From Myxococcota bacterium (GTDB lineage Bacteria > Myxococcota_A > UBA9160 > UBA6930): a stretch of 64,000 nucleotides of DNA. Shown here piece by piece: positions 18,256 through 28,090 of this stretch (position 1 is the first letter of the stretch; each line of letters starts with the position of its first letter). The stretch spans positions 1,344,001 through 1,408,000 of the forward strand of contig OZ245002.1 in NCBI GenBank assembly GCA_965223415.1, read 5' to 3'. The notes below the pieces were generated by a model that searched no databases, was not told the DNA's origin, and was given only the letters and a program-made list of their open reading frames with translations. Both the position numbers and the translations under genes were made by a program.

Positions 18256-19416
18256 GTGAGCGGCGCCTTCGTTCCCGAGACCCTGCTCGCGGAGGCCCGC
18301 GAGCAGACGCGCCTGCAGGACTTCGGCGATCCCTCCTTCCGCGAGCCGATGGAGCGGCTCTGCCGTGCGCTCGCGGAGGAAGCACGGCTCAACCAGGTGG
18401 GCACGGCGACCCAGCGCCAGCGGGTGCTCGACATTCTCGTCACGCGGCTGCGGGTCGAGGACTTCTTCGCGCGGCACCCGGAGATCGCCGACGAGGAGAT
18501 CGGCGCGCCGCTGGTGGTCTGTGGGCTCCCCCGCACGGGCACGACCATGCTCCACCGCGTGATCGCCGAGGATCCGACCTTCGACGCGGCGCTCTGGTAC
18601 GAGGTGCGCTACCCGGCGCCCTTCGACGGCTGGAAACCCGGCGAGCCCGACGCACGCATCGCCGCCGCCGAGGAAGAGGTGCGGATGACCCTCGAGCTCG
18701 CGCCGGAGCTGATGGCGATCCATCCTTTCGAAGCCACCAGTCCGGACGAGGAGATCATGCTCCTCGAGCAGTCCTTCTTCAGCCGCACGCCCGAGTCCTA
18801 TTGCCACCTGCCGCGCTTCTCCGCCTGGCTCGAGGAGCAGGACCAGCTGCCGGGCTACCGCTACCTCCGGCGGCTGCTCCAGCTCCTGCAGTGGCAGCAC
18901 CGGCTCGAGGGACGGGCGCGGGAACGCTGGGTGCTGAAATCGCCCCACCACCTGGGCTTCCTGCCGGAGCTGTTCACGGTCTTCCCCGACGCGACGGTGA
19001 TCCAGACCCACCGCGACCCGGTGGACTCGATCCCATCCATCTGCAGCCTGTGCTTCCACCTGGAGACGATGGGCTGCGACGACCCGGACCCGAAGGCCAC
19101 CGGCGCCCACTGGAGCGCCGGCTGGGCCCGCTTCCTTGAGCGCGCCATGGCCTACCGGGACGCCGGCCACGAGGACCGCTTCCTCGACATCGACTACCTC
19201 CACTCGGTGAAGGACCCGGTCGCCACCGTCGCCCGGATCTACGCCTTCCTCGGCCGCGAGCTCACCCCGATCGCCGAGGACAAGATGCGCGCCTGGACCG
19301 AGGCCAACGCCCGCGACAAGCGCGCCGCCCACGCCTACACCCCCGCCCAGTTCGGCCTCACCGAAGCCACCCTCGCCCGCGACTTCGCCCCCTACCGCAC
19401 CCGCTTCGTCAAGTAG
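18256..19416 (+). CDS. Sulfotransferase (Sulfotransfer_3 family)
   Basis: GLPRTGTTMLH PAPS loop, WVLKSPHH, THRDP. Confidence 0.93.
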   Translation: MSGAFVPETLLAEAREQTRLQDFGDPSFREPMERLCRALAEEARLNQVGTATQRQRVLDILVTRLRVEDFFARHPEIADEEIGAPLVVCGLPRTGTTMLHRVIAEDPTFDAALWYEVRYPAPFDGWKPGEPDARIAAAEEEVRMTLELAPELMAIHPFEATSPDEEIMLLEQSFFSRTPESYCHLPRFSAWLEEQDQLPGYRYLRRLLQLLQWQHRLEGRARERWVLKSPHHLGFLPELFTVFPDATVIQTHRDPVDSIPSICSLCFHLETMGCDDPDPKATGAHWSAGWARFLERAMAYRDAGHEDRFLDIDYLHSVKDPVATVARIYAFLGRELTPIAEDKMRAWTEANARDKRAAHAYTPAQFGLTEATLARDFAPYRTRFVK

Positions 19417-19444
19417 AGAACCGCCGTCCGTTTATTGAGCCGTT

Positions 19445-19478
19445 GTTGCGTTAGGGGCCGGTTCCGTTTGTTGCGTTG
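19445..19478 (+). repeat. Dispersed repeat family B (copy 1)
   Basis: GTTGCGTTAGGGGCCGGTTCCGTTTGTTGCGTTG, identical (reverse complement) to 59508-59541; 21-bp core also at 23075-23095. Confidence 0.92.
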
Positions 19479-21935
19479 CTAGGTGAGGGCGCCGGATTCG
19501 GCGAGGCGGGCCACGTCGTCGTCGGTGTAGCCCAGGTGCTCGGTGAGGACTTCGAAGGTGTGCTGGCCGATGGTGGGGCCGGCGTGGGTGGGGCGTGAGG
19601 GCGTGGCGGAGAAGCGCGTCACGGGGCCATCGAAGCGGATGCGGCCCATGCGCGGGTGGTCGAGCTCGACGAAGAAGTCCCGGGCCAGGAGCTGCGGATC
19701 CTCGTGGAGGTCGGTGGCGCGCATGACCACGTAGGAGGGGACCCCCTGCTCCCGGAGAGAGCGGGCGAGCGCGAAGGGCTCACGCTCAGCGCACCAGGCG
19801 GCGAGCGGCGCCTCGAGCTCGGCCTTCCGGGCGATGCGCGCCGGGAGCGCATCGAGGTCCGGCGTCGCGAGCGCGGCCAGGTCGGGAACCGCTCCGCACA
19901 GGGCACGCCATTGTTCCGGCGTCTCGGTGGCGATCGCCAGGTATCGCTCCGTGCCCTCGGCGGCAAAGACGCCGTGCGGGCAGGCTCGCGCCGAATCGTG
20001 TCCCGGCCGCTCCTGCACGCGTCCGTTCACCGTGTAGTCGAGCACCATCGGCTCGAGGAAGTGGATCGCCCCCTCGATCTGGGCAAAGTCGATGTATTGG
20101 CCCTCGCCGGTGCGGTCGCGGTGGTGGAGCGCCGCCCCCAGGGCCGCCAGGGAGTAGCGGGGTGCGATGAAGTCGGTGTAGGCGCCCCAGGGCCCCGAGG
20201 GCACGCGATCCGGCCAGCCCGTCACCGCGACGAAGCCCGCCAGACCCGCGCCCTGCAGGCCGAAGCCCGTGTAGGCGGCCTCCGGCCCGGTCTGGCCGCG
20301 CATGCACGAGGAGATCATCACCAGCTCCGGCTTGCGGCGCCGCAGGGTCTCGTAGTCGAGCCCGAGCTTCGCGGCGGAGCCGGGTGTGAAGCTCTCGGTG
20401 ACCACGTCCGCCCAGTCCACCAGCCGAAGCGCCACCTCGCGCCCTTCCGCGGTGGAGAGATCGAGGGCGAGGCCCAGCTTGGATTGATTGAAGTTCGCCA
20501 TGGCGTAGCCGGTGCTGACGTTCGGCACGCCGTCCTTCCAGGGCGGGATCATGCGAAGCGGGTCGACATGCTTCTCGCTCTCGACCCGAAGCACGGTGGC
20601 GCCGAGGTTCGCCAGGTCCTTCGACACCAGCGGGAGCGCACCGACCCAGGAGAAGTCGGCCACCTTGAGCCCTTCGAAGATCGAGGCGCGCGGCGCCGCC
20701 GAAACCCGGGCGGGAACCAGCGGAGGTCGATTCGCGCTCTCCACCAGCGCCTGGTGCTGGCCGAGGGCCGGCGCCTCCGCGCGGTACACGACCGGCGTCG
20801 CGGACAGCCGGGCGAAAGGCCCCGGGTGGGTCGTTCCCGCGACGTCGACCCAGTAGTCCCGGGAGGCGAGCTGCGGATCGCCCAGCAGGTCGGCGGCGCT
20901 CCAGGCGGGCCCGATCAACCACTTGCCGTCGTGCGCGCGCTGCTGGATCTCGGCCTTGGTGCAGGTGCCGAGGAACGCCACGAGCTGGTCGAAGGCCCTT
21001 GCGATGGCCGGCGGCGTGATCTTGCCCTGGCCGAGCAGCTCGAACATCACGCTCCAGTCGTGATCGGCGAGGTCGTCGTCGATGGCGCCGCTCTCTGCCG
21101 CCCAGCGCATCATCGAGCCGAAGCTGCGCGCGCCGACCTCGGCGAGCACGAGCGTCATTACGACGAAGCCGTCCTTGCAGGCGGCCCTGTCCGGCACCAC
21201 GACGCCGGGCAGGAGCTCCTGGGGTTGGCGACGGTTCTCGCCCGAGCCCGGCTGGTTGTCGCCCATCAGCACCGGGTAGCCCTCTGCGAAGAGCAGCGTC
21301 CACAGCACCGCGGCCTGGCAGGAGACGTCCAGGTGTTGGCCGCGTCCGTCGCGGTGACGACCGTAGAGGGCGAGGATCGCGTCGGCGGCGGCCTGGACGC
21401 CGGCGTGGTGGGAGGTCTCCGGGTGCCCGATCGGAACCGGCGGCCGGTCCCGGTCGCCCTGCAGGTTCACGAGCCCACCGGCGCACGCGAGGGTGAGGTC
21501 CGTGGCGGGGCTCTCCGCCTCGGGTCCGGTGCGTCCGAACGGGGTGACGGAGACGTAGAGGAGAGCGGGGTTCAGCGCGTGCAGCGCGTCGAAGCCGAGG
21601 CCCAGGCGGTCGAGGGAGCCCGGCGCGGAGGACTCGATCAGGATGTCGGCGCCCCGGACCAGCTCGAGGAGGCGATCGCGGTCGGCTTCGTCCTCGATGT
21701 CGAGCACGACGCTCTTCTTGCCGAGCCCCCACGCCCGCCAGAAGAGCGAGCCGTCCGGATCGCCTTCGCGCCCGTCCTCGAAGGGAGCCAGGAAGCGGGC
21801 CTCGCAGCCACTCGGCGGCTCGACCTTGATGACCTCGGCGCCGAGGTCCGCCAGCACGCGGCCGGTGGCTTCCGCCAGGGGGGTGGCGAGATCGATCACG
21901 CGAAGGCCCGCGAGGGCGCCGGCAGTGTCGGGCAT
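19479..21935 (-). CDS. Family III CoA-transferase (CaiB/BaiF), tandem two-domain
   Basis: LAGLRVIDL..LADLGAEVIKVEPP, second domain FEGLKVADFSWVGA, SITPFG/GQTGP motifs. Confidence 0.94.
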   Translation of the reverse strand: MPDTAGALAGLRVIDLATPLAEATGRVLADLGAEVIKVEPPSGCEARFLAPFEDGREGDPDGSLFWRAWGLGKKSVVLDIEDEADRDRLLELVRGADILIESSAPGSLDRLGLGFDALHALNPALLYVSVTPFGRTGPEAESPATDLTLACAGGLVNLQGDRDRPPVPIGHPETSHHAGVQAAADAILALYGRHRDGRGQHLDVSCQAAVLWTLLFAEGYPVLMGDNQPGSGENRRQPQELLPGVVVPDRAACKDGFVVMTLVLAEVGARSFGSMMRWAAESGAIDDDLADHDWSVMFELLGQGKITPPAIARAFDQLVAFLGTCTKAEIQQRAHDGKWLIGPAWSAADLLGDPQLASRDYWVDVAGTTHPGPFARLSATPVVYRAEAPALGQHQALVESANRPPLVPARVSAAPRASIFEGLKVADFSWVGALPLVSKDLANLGATVLRVESEKHVDPLRMIPPWKDGVPNVSTGYAMANFNQSKLGLALDLSTAEGREVALRLVDWADVVTESFTPGSAAKLGLDYETLRRRKPELVMISSCMRGQTGPEAAYTGFGLQGAGLAGFVAVTGWPDRVPSGPWGAYTDFIAPRYSLAALGAALHHRDRTGEGQYIDFAQIEGAIHFLEPMVLDYTVNGRVQERPGHDSARACPHGVFAAEGTERYLAIATETPEQWRALCGAVPDLAALATPDLDALPARIARKAELEAPLAAWCAEREPFALARSLREQGVPSYVVMRATDLHEDPQLLARDFFVELDHPRMGRIRFDGPVTRFSATPSRPTHAGPTIGQHTFEVLTEHLGYTDDDVARLAESGALT

Positions 21936-21979
21936 GGTCCCTCCCTGCTCCAGGAGCCTGGGCAGTATAATCCGGCGCG

Positions 21980-23077
21980 ATGTCCGAACCGAACCCCGGA
22001 AAAGCGGTCCGCGATCCCCAGAGCTACCAGCAGGCCCTGAACGGCTGGATGGCCCGGGCCCAGCCCGAACGCGAGGGCCTGCGGGTGCACGACGTGGACA
22101 TGCCCCGGGCCACCGGCTTCTCGAACGAGACCGTCTTCTTCTCCGCCAGCTGGCGGGAGGGCGGGCGCGAGCGCAGCCAGCCCTACGTGGCGCGCATCGA
22201 GCCCGAGAGCGGCGGCCTGTTCCCGGTGCAGAACCCCGCCTGCGCTGTCTCGGTCGGCCTCCAGCACCGCGTGATGGAGGCGGTGCGGAGCGCCGGCCTC
22301 GCGCCGGTGCCGCCCACACTCCCCTACGAAGCCGACGCCTCGGTCCTCGGCAGCCCCTTCTTCGTGATGGAGTTCGTGCCGGGCGAGATCCCCGCGGACG
22401 TGCCGCGCTACTCCACCGACGGCTTCCTGGTCGACCGGGCCATCCCGGCCGAGCGCGAGCGCATGATCACGAGCGGCATCGAGACCATGGCTTCCCTTCA
22501 CGCTCTCGATTGGCGGGAAGCGGGGCTCGGCTGGCTCGACGCCTCCGGCACCGGCGCACCGACGATGGCCGACCAGCTGCGCATCTACCGCGACACGATC
22601 GAGCGTCAGCTGGGCGACCGCGAGCACCCGGTGCTGTTGCGAAGCCTCGGCTGGCTCGACGCCCATGTCCCGAACGCCGAGCCCGGCCTCTCCTGGGGCG
22701 ACGCCCGCCTCGGCAACATGATCTGGCAGGACTACCGCTGCGCCGCCGTCGTCGACTGGGAGGCCGCCTCCCTCTGCCCCCCGGAGGCCGACATCGGCTG
22801 GTGGGTGATGTTCGACCGCATGTCCTTCGACGACATGGACGCCCCACGCCTCGAGGGCTTCCCGACCCGCGAGGAGATGGTCGCCCTCTGGGAGGAGAAG
22901 ACCGGTCGAAAGGTCGCCGCCGATATCCACTACTGGGAGATCTTCGGCGTCATGCGCTTCTGCCAGGTCATGATCGGCCTCGGCGACCGCATGACCGCCG
23001 CCGGCCTCGCCCCCCCCGAAGCCAACATGTCCATCAACAACGGCGTCACCGAAGCCCTCGCCAGGCTGTTAAGCTAG
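21980..23077 (+). CDS. APH-family phosphotransferase (ACAD10/11 kinase-like)
   Basis: TGFSNET, LGSPFFVMEFVPG, WGDARLGN, VDWE. Confidence 0.9.
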   Translation: MSEPNPGKAVRDPQSYQQALNGWMARAQPEREGLRVHDVDMPRATGFSNETVFFSASWREGGRERSQPYVARIEPESGGLFPVQNPACAVSVGLQHRVMEAVRSAGLAPVPPTLPYEADASVLGSPFFVMEFVPGEIPADVPRYSTDGFLVDRAIPAERERMITSGIETMASLHALDWREAGLGWLDASGTGAPTMADQLRIYRDTIERQLGDREHPVLLRSLGWLDAHVPNAEPGLSWGDARLGNMIWQDYRCAAVVDWEAASLCPPEADIGWWVMFDRMSFDDMDAPRLEGFPTREEMVALWEEKTGRKVAADIHYWEIFGVMRFCQVMIGLGDRMTAAGLAPPEANMSINNGVTEALARLLS

Positions 23078-23100
23078 GGGCCGGTTCCGTTTGTTAAGTT
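23068..23100 (+). repeat. Dispersed repeat family B (copy 2)
   Basis: TGTTAAGC-TAGGGGCCGGTTCCGTT-TGTTAAGTT; same 21-bp core with a different direct-repeat flank. Confidence 0.88.
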
Positions 23101-24084
23101 GTAGATGCGCTCGGCGGTGTCGTGGAAGAGCAGGCGCTTCTCGTTCGGCGAGAAGGAAGCGGCGACGCGCTTGAAGGCGTTCCAGAGCACCCGGTAGGAG
23201 CAGGAGAGCTTGTCGACCGGGAAGTTGCTCTCGAAGAGGCACCGCTCCGGGCCGAAGGCCTCGATGGCGGCCAGGGTGTAGGGACGGATCGCAGCGGCCA
23301 GCTCCTCGCTTCCCGGCGGACGATCGCGCTCGTGCCAGCCGAAGCCGTTGATGCGCATCTGGAGGCCGCCGATCTTGACGACGACGTTCGGGCAGGTCGC
23401 CAGCTCTCCGATTGCACGGCGCCAATCGGCGAAGACCTCCCCCCGGCGCCCTGCGTAGGGCCCGACGCCGAGCGGCCCGCCGAAGTGGTCGAGCACGATC
23501 GTCGTGTGCGGGAAGGCCCTCGCAAGAGCGGTGAGCTCGGAGATCTGCGGGTGGTAGAGCCAGGCGTCGAAGCTGAGACCCAGCTCGCCGAGGAGCGCGA
23601 AGCCCCGCCGAAAGGTGGCGTCGCCCAGGAGCCCCGGCGGCGGCGAGGCGCGCCCGATGCCCAGGTGGCCGCTCGGGTCCCAACGCGTCGAATGCCGGAT
23701 GCCTCGGAAGCGATCCGGACTCGCCGCCCGATGCGCCTCCAGCACGGACCGCACGCCGTCGCCGAGGGTGAGATCCGCGTGGCTCACGATCCCCGCGGCG
23801 ACGCGCGGCGCCCCGCGAGGCACGACCACGCCGTCCACGAACTCCGTCTCGCCCACCGGCCGCAACGCCTCGGGTCCTTCCGGCCGGTACATCGCCCCGC
23901 ACTCGACGAAGACGCTGCTCACGACGCGGTGCCCGCCGCGCTCTACGTCCGCGAGCAGCTCCCCCTGCAGGTAGCGCCCCCGCCCGGGCTTGCCCTCCCA
24001 CAGGTGGTGGTGCGCGTCGCAGATCTCGAGCTCGGGCTCGAGCACCTCCTCTTCTGCCTGGGCCAGCCAGGCTTCGCGCTCCAT
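23074..24084 (-). CDS. Amidohydrolase family 2 protein (lactonase-like)
   Basis: DAHHHLW, FRGIRH, LDHFGGP, FESNFPVD; C-terminal LTNGTGP is encoded by the repeat. Confidence 0.92.
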   Translation of the reverse strand: MEREAWLAQAEEEVLEPELEICDAHHHLWEGKPGRGRYLQGELLADVERGGHRVVSSVFVECGAMYRPEGPEALRPVGETEFVDGVVVPRGAPRVAAGIVSHADLTLGDGVRSVLEAHRAASPDRFRGIRHSTRWDPSGHLGIGRASPPPGLLGDATFRRGFALLGELGLSFDAWLYHPQISELTALARAFPHTTIVLDHFGGPLGVGPYAGRRGEVFADWRRAIGELATCPNVVVKIGGLQMRINGFGWHERDRPPGSEELAAAIRPYTLAAIEAFGPERCLFESNFPVDKLSCSYRVLWNAFKRVAASFSPNEKRLLFHDTAERIYNLTNGTGP

Positions 24085-24125
24085 CCGGCGATGCTAGCCT
24101 GACCCGTCTTCCCCAAGGAGATCCC

Positions 24126-25361
24126 ATGATCGAATGGAGCGAGCAGCACGAGATGATCCGCGACGCGGTGCGCCGCTTCATCGACGAGGAGATCGTCCCC
24201 CACCTGGACGACCTGGAGCACGGCGACCTTCCGCCCTACGACATCCTGCGCAAGATGTACGCGACCTTCGGCATGGACGAGATGGCGCGCACGCGTTTCC
24301 GCCGCCAGATCGAGCGGGCCAAGGCGGGCGGGGCCAAGGAGAAGAAGGCCCGCGAAGGCGACGGCAGCGGCGACGGCGCCGCCATGCAGCTCATCCCCAT
24401 CATCGAGCTGTGCCGCTACTGCCCGGGCATGGTCACGGCGATGGGCGTCTCCGTCGGGCTGACCGGAGCCGCGGTGATGGGCAAGGGCACCACCCCGCAG
24501 AAGGAACGCTGGGGCGAGGATCTCCTCACCCTGGCCAAGGTCGGCGCCTGGGCGATCACCGAGCCGGGCTCCGGCTCCGACGCCTTCGGCGGCATGAAAG
24601 CCTCCGCGCGGCGCGAAGGCGACGAGTTCGTGCTGAACGGCAGCAAGACCTTCATCACGAACGGCCCCTACGCCGACACGATCGTCTTCATCTGCAAGCT
24701 CGAGGAAGAAGGCGTCGACCCCCGTGACCGCAAGATCCTGAACTTCGTGCTCGATCGCGGCATGCCGGGCCTCGAGCAGAGCAAGCCCCTGCGCAAGATG
24801 GGCCTGCACTCGTCGCCCACCGGCGAGCTGTATCTCTCCGACGTGCGCTGCGGCATCGACCGACTGCTTGGCGGGGAGGAGGCGCTGGCCAGGAGCCGCG
24901 GCGCCGGCCGCGAGGGCGCCAAGGACACCTTCCAGACCGAGCGCACCGGCGTCGCCGCCATGGCCCTCGGCATCGTCTCCCGGTGCGTCGAGCTCTCCGT
25001 GGCCTACGCCAAGGAGCGCGTGCAGTGGGACCGGCCGATCGGCGAGTACCAGCTGATCCAGGAGAAGCTGGCGCGCATGGAGGTGGCGCGGATGAACCTC
25101 CAGAACCTCGTCTTCCGCACCATCGAGCTCTCGGCGAAGGGAAAGGGAATGGGCCTCGCCGAGGCCTCGGCGATGAAGCTCTACGCCGCCCGCGCCGCCG
25201 TCGAGGTGGCGATGGAGGCGGTGCAGGTCTTCGGCGGCAACGGCTACATGGCCGAGTACCGCGTCGAGCAGCTCGCCCGCGACGCCAAGGTGCTGCAGAT
25301 CTACGCCGGCACCGACGAGATCCAGATCCGCGCCATCGCCCGCGATCTCCTGACCGGCTGA
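24126..25361 (+). CDS. Acyl-CoA dehydrogenase
   Basis: AITEPGSGSD, NGSKTFITNG, FGGNGYM, IYAGTDEIQ; AAGGAG RBS. Confidence 0.96.
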   Translation: MIEWSEQHEMIRDAVRRFIDEEIVPHLDDLEHGDLPPYDILRKMYATFGMDEMARTRFRRQIERAKAGGAKEKKAREGDGSGDGAAMQLIPIIELCRYCPGMVTAMGVSVGLTGAAVMGKGTTPQKERWGEDLLTLAKVGAWAITEPGSGSDAFGGMKASARREGDEFVLNGSKTFITNGPYADTIVFICKLEEEGVDPRDRKILNFVLDRGMPGLEQSKPLRKMGLHSSPTGELYLSDVRCGIDRLLGGEEALARSRGAGREGAKDTFQTERTGVAAMALGIVSRCVELSVAYAKERVQWDRPIGEYQLIQEKLARMEVARMNLQNLVFRTIELSAKGKGMGLAEASAMKLYAARAAVEVAMEAVQVFGGNGYMAEYRVEQLARDAKVLQIYAGTDEIQIRAIARDLLTG

Positions 25362-25368
25362 CGCGTCC

Positions 25369-26643
25369 TTGTCCGACGCCGCCGGGTCGAGAGACGCCGG
25401 AGGATCGCGCCAGGCCGTCCTCCTGCTCGCGGGACTGATGGCCTACTGGGGCTTCGCGGACGGCCTGAACGGCGCCGCGGCACCCTTCCTCGCCCGCGAG
25501 TTCGGCCTCGACGACGTCGGCATCAGCCGCTCCTTCGGCTGGATCTCGATCGGCGCGCTGGGCACCTACGGACTCGCGCGCTGGGCCGACCGCACCGGCC
25601 GCCGCCGCGTACTGCTGTGGACGATGCTCCTGATGGCGCCGCTCTGCATCGGTACCGCGCTGGCCTCGGGGCTCACGGCCTTCATCGTCGTGCAGGTGTT
25701 CGTGCAGGCCCTGAAGGGCCTGCTCGCAATCCTGGTGCCGGTGATGGTCACCGAGACCCTCTCCACCGAGGCGCGCGCCCGTGGCCAGGGCTGGGTCGGG
25801 CTCGCCGGCTCCCTCGGCGGCGGCGGCGGCCTGCTGCTGATGGCGGGCTCCGAGAACCTGCCGGGCACCTGGCGCTGGGTGTGGGGCGCCGCCGCGCTCG
25901 TCGTGATCGCGGTGCCATTCCTGCGCCGCGTCCTTCCCGAGAGCCGGCACTTCGAGCGCGCCGCCGCGGCCGGCGAGACCGAGAGCGCGAAGGTCCGCCA
26001 CCTGGTGAGCCCTCGCTATCGCCGACGCACCCTCGCCGTCCTGGCGGTCTCCGGGCTCTTCCCCATGGTCATCGCCGCGACCCAGTCGTGGCTGATCTAC
26101 TTCCCCGTGCAGCACCTGGGCCTGCCGCCCCTGGCCGCCACCGCCGTGGTGATCGTCGGCGGCGCCATGGCGCTGCCGGGCTTTCCGATCGGCGGGCATC
26201 TCTCGGAGGTGTGGGGCCGGCGGCCGACCTTCCTCGTCACGAGCGTCCTGTACTTCGGCGCCACCTGGGGCTTCTACCACGTGACGCAGGACTTCCCCGT
26301 GCACCCGGCCCTCGGGCTGGTGCCGGGCATGGCGGCGATGAGCTTCTGCTCCTCGGCGGCCGCCGTGCCGATGCGCGCCGCGGCCACGGAGCTCTTCCCC
26401 ACCGCCCTTCGCGCCACCCTCAGCGGCGGCGCGGCGATCGCCGTGGCCGTGGGCCAGATCTCCGCCTACTTCGCCACCTCGGCCCTGAGCGCGTGGCTCG
26501 GTGGCCTGCCCACCGCCGCCAGCCTGCTCGCCCTGGGCATGCCGACGGCCGGCCTGATCTTCTTCCTCGCGCTCCCCGAGACGCGCGGCCGACCGATCGA
26601 GGACGAGGACGCCGCGCACCGTGAGACAAGGGGACGTTCCTGA
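25369..26643 (+). CDS. MFS transporter
   Basis: ADRTGRRR, LPESRHF, GRRPT, TELFPTALRAT, LPETRG; TTG start uncertain. Confidence 0.88.
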   Translation: MSDAAGSRDAGGSRQAVLLLAGLMAYWGFADGLNGAAAPFLAREFGLDDVGISRSFGWISIGALGTYGLARWADRTGRRRVLLWTMLLMAPLCIGTALASGLTAFIVVQVFVQALKGLLAILVPVMVTETLSTEARARGQGWVGLAGSLGGGGGLLLMAGSENLPGTWRWVWGAAALVVIAVPFLRRVLPESRHFERAAAAGETESAKVRHLVSPRYRRRTLAVLAVSGLFPMVIAATQSWLIYFPVQHLGLPPLAATAVVIVGGAMALPGFPIGGHLSEVWGRRPTFLVTSVLYFGATWGFYHVTQDFPVHPALGLVPGMAAMSFCSSAAAVPMRAAATELFPTALRATLSGGAAIAVAVGQISAYFATSALSAWLGGLPTAASLLALGMPTAGLIFFLALPETRGRPIEDEDAAHRETRGRS

Positions 26644-26717
26644 CTGTCTCACTCCTCGGGCTGGAGATGGGCACCTGCGGCGGGAGTGAGACAGTCAGGA
26701 ACGTCCCCTTGTCTCAC
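26621..26717. repeat. REPIN-like inverted doublet, family A (copy 2)
   Basis: Perfect 35-bp arms 26621-26655 and 26683-26717 (GTGAGACAAGGGGACGTTCCTGACTGTCTCACTCC) with a 27-nt spacer. Confidence 0.92.
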
Positions 26718-27509
26718 CTACGCGTCCTCCAGGGGACGATGCCCCGAGAGGTTGATGAAGGCCGTGGCGCCGCCGTCGACCACCATGGCGTGGCCGGTGA
26801 CGGCGGAGGCATCCTCGCTGCATAGGAAGGCGACCACCGACGCGATCTCCTCGGGCTGGATCAGGCGCCCGATGGCGTGGAGATCCTCGACCTCCTCGCG
26901 GGTGCGGCGCGACGCCTGCTGGAACTGGTCGTAGAGCGGCGTCTCGACCACGCCGGGGCAGACCGCGTTGGCGCGGATCCCGCGCCGCCCGTACTCGATG
27001 GCGACGTTGCGCGTGAAGTTCACGACGCCGGCCTTGGCGGTGGTGTAGGGCGACGCGAACATCTCGCCGCCGAAGGCCTCGATCGAGGCGGTATTCACGA
27101 TCGAGCCGCCGCCGCGCTCGATCATCTCCGGCAGGGCCGCCCGGCAGCCGTAGAAGACCGCCGTGAGCATGATGCGCAGGCTCTTCTCCCAGCCGTCCGG
27201 GTCGAGGGCGTGCACCGGCCCGCCGCTCGACCACACCGCGTTGTTCATCATGATGTCGAGGCCGCCGAACTCGCGTACGGTGGCCGCGACGCAGTCCTCG
27301 AGCTGTGACAGCTCGCCCACGTCGCATGCGATGAAGCGCGCGCGTCCGCCGGCTTTGGCGATCTCCTGGGCGAGCTCGCCGCCCTTGGCCGCGTCGATGT
27401 CCGCACACACCACGGCGGCGCCCTCGGAGACGAGCCGGCGCAGCGTCGCGGCGCCGATCCCCGACGCTCCGCCCGTCACGATCGCCACCTTGCCGTCGAA
27501 TCGACCCAT
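26718..27509 (-). CDS. Short-chain dehydrogenase/reductase
   Basis: TGGASGIG, NNA, YTTAK, VVDGG; GGAGG RBS. Confidence 0.95.
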   Translation of the reverse strand: MGRFDGKVAIVTGGASGIGAATLRRLVSEGAAVVCADIDAAKGGELAQEIAKAGGRARFIACDVGELSQLEDCVAATVREFGGLDIMMNNAVWSSGGPVHALDPDGWEKSLRIMLTAVFYGCRAALPEMIERGGGSIVNTASIEAFGGEMFASPYTTAKAGVVNFTRNVAIEYGRRGIRANAVCPGVVETPLYDQFQQASRRTREEVEDLHAIGRLIQPEEIASVVAFLCSEDASAVTGHAMVVDGGATAFINLSGHRPLEDA

Positions 27510-27541
27510 CCCGCCCTCCTGGCCCGTCGCCCGCCGCGATC

Positions 27542-27682
27542 CTACCCCAGCTCTCCGGCGCGAAGCGCCGCTCCGACGTAGGCGGTGGCGAGGATGGCGA
27601 AGATGCAGGCCTGCAGGAGCCCGATCAGTACGTCGAGGGCCATCAGCGGCAAGGGCACCGGGAAGCCGGTGAGCGCGACGAG
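27542..27682 (-). pseudogene. atpB: C-terminal fragment of ATP synthase subunit a (N-ATPase type)
   Basis: LVALTGFPVPLPLMALDVLIGLLQACIFAILATAYVGAA matches the last helix of subunit a (LQAYIFxxLxxxY); the upstream about 80% of the gene is absent. Confidence 0.78.
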
Positions 27683-27830
27683 CCGAGCCAGGCGCCCAGG
27701 GTCGCGGGCAGTGCGATCGACCAGCCCAGCGTTCCGAGGACCGAGGGCGAGCGCCAGGAGTGGGCGCCGGAGGGGTCGCGCCGCCGGAGCCGCTCCACGT
27801 CGCGCTCCAGGGAGGGGAACCCTTCGCGCT
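27683..27830 (-). pseudogene. Fragment of N-ATPase accessory gene (AtpQ / AtpZ-AtpI-like)
   Basis: LERDVERLRRRDPSGAHSWRSPSVLGTLGWSIALPATLGAWLG resembles the W..L...G..GWSIA.P..LG.WLG motif; joined out of frame to the atpB fragment. Confidence 0.65.
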
Positions 27831-28090
27831 CGACCCCGTCGGCCTGCTCGGGGAGACGCAAGGGCGAGGCCAGCTCGGAGGCCGGCCGACGGCGGTCCCA
27901 TCCGCAGCGGGCACGAGGGCCTGGGACACTTGGCCCCGAGCGATCCCGGGTAGTCTCTGCCCGTGGCGCGGAGGTCCATGCTCGCGGCCCCGGGGAGGCT
28001 CCCCGGGCTGGCCCTCTCCTTCTCGGTGGCGATGCTCCGGGGCATGCCCGCCCCGTCCCCGTCCCCCGCACCCACCGAAGAGGAGGCCGT

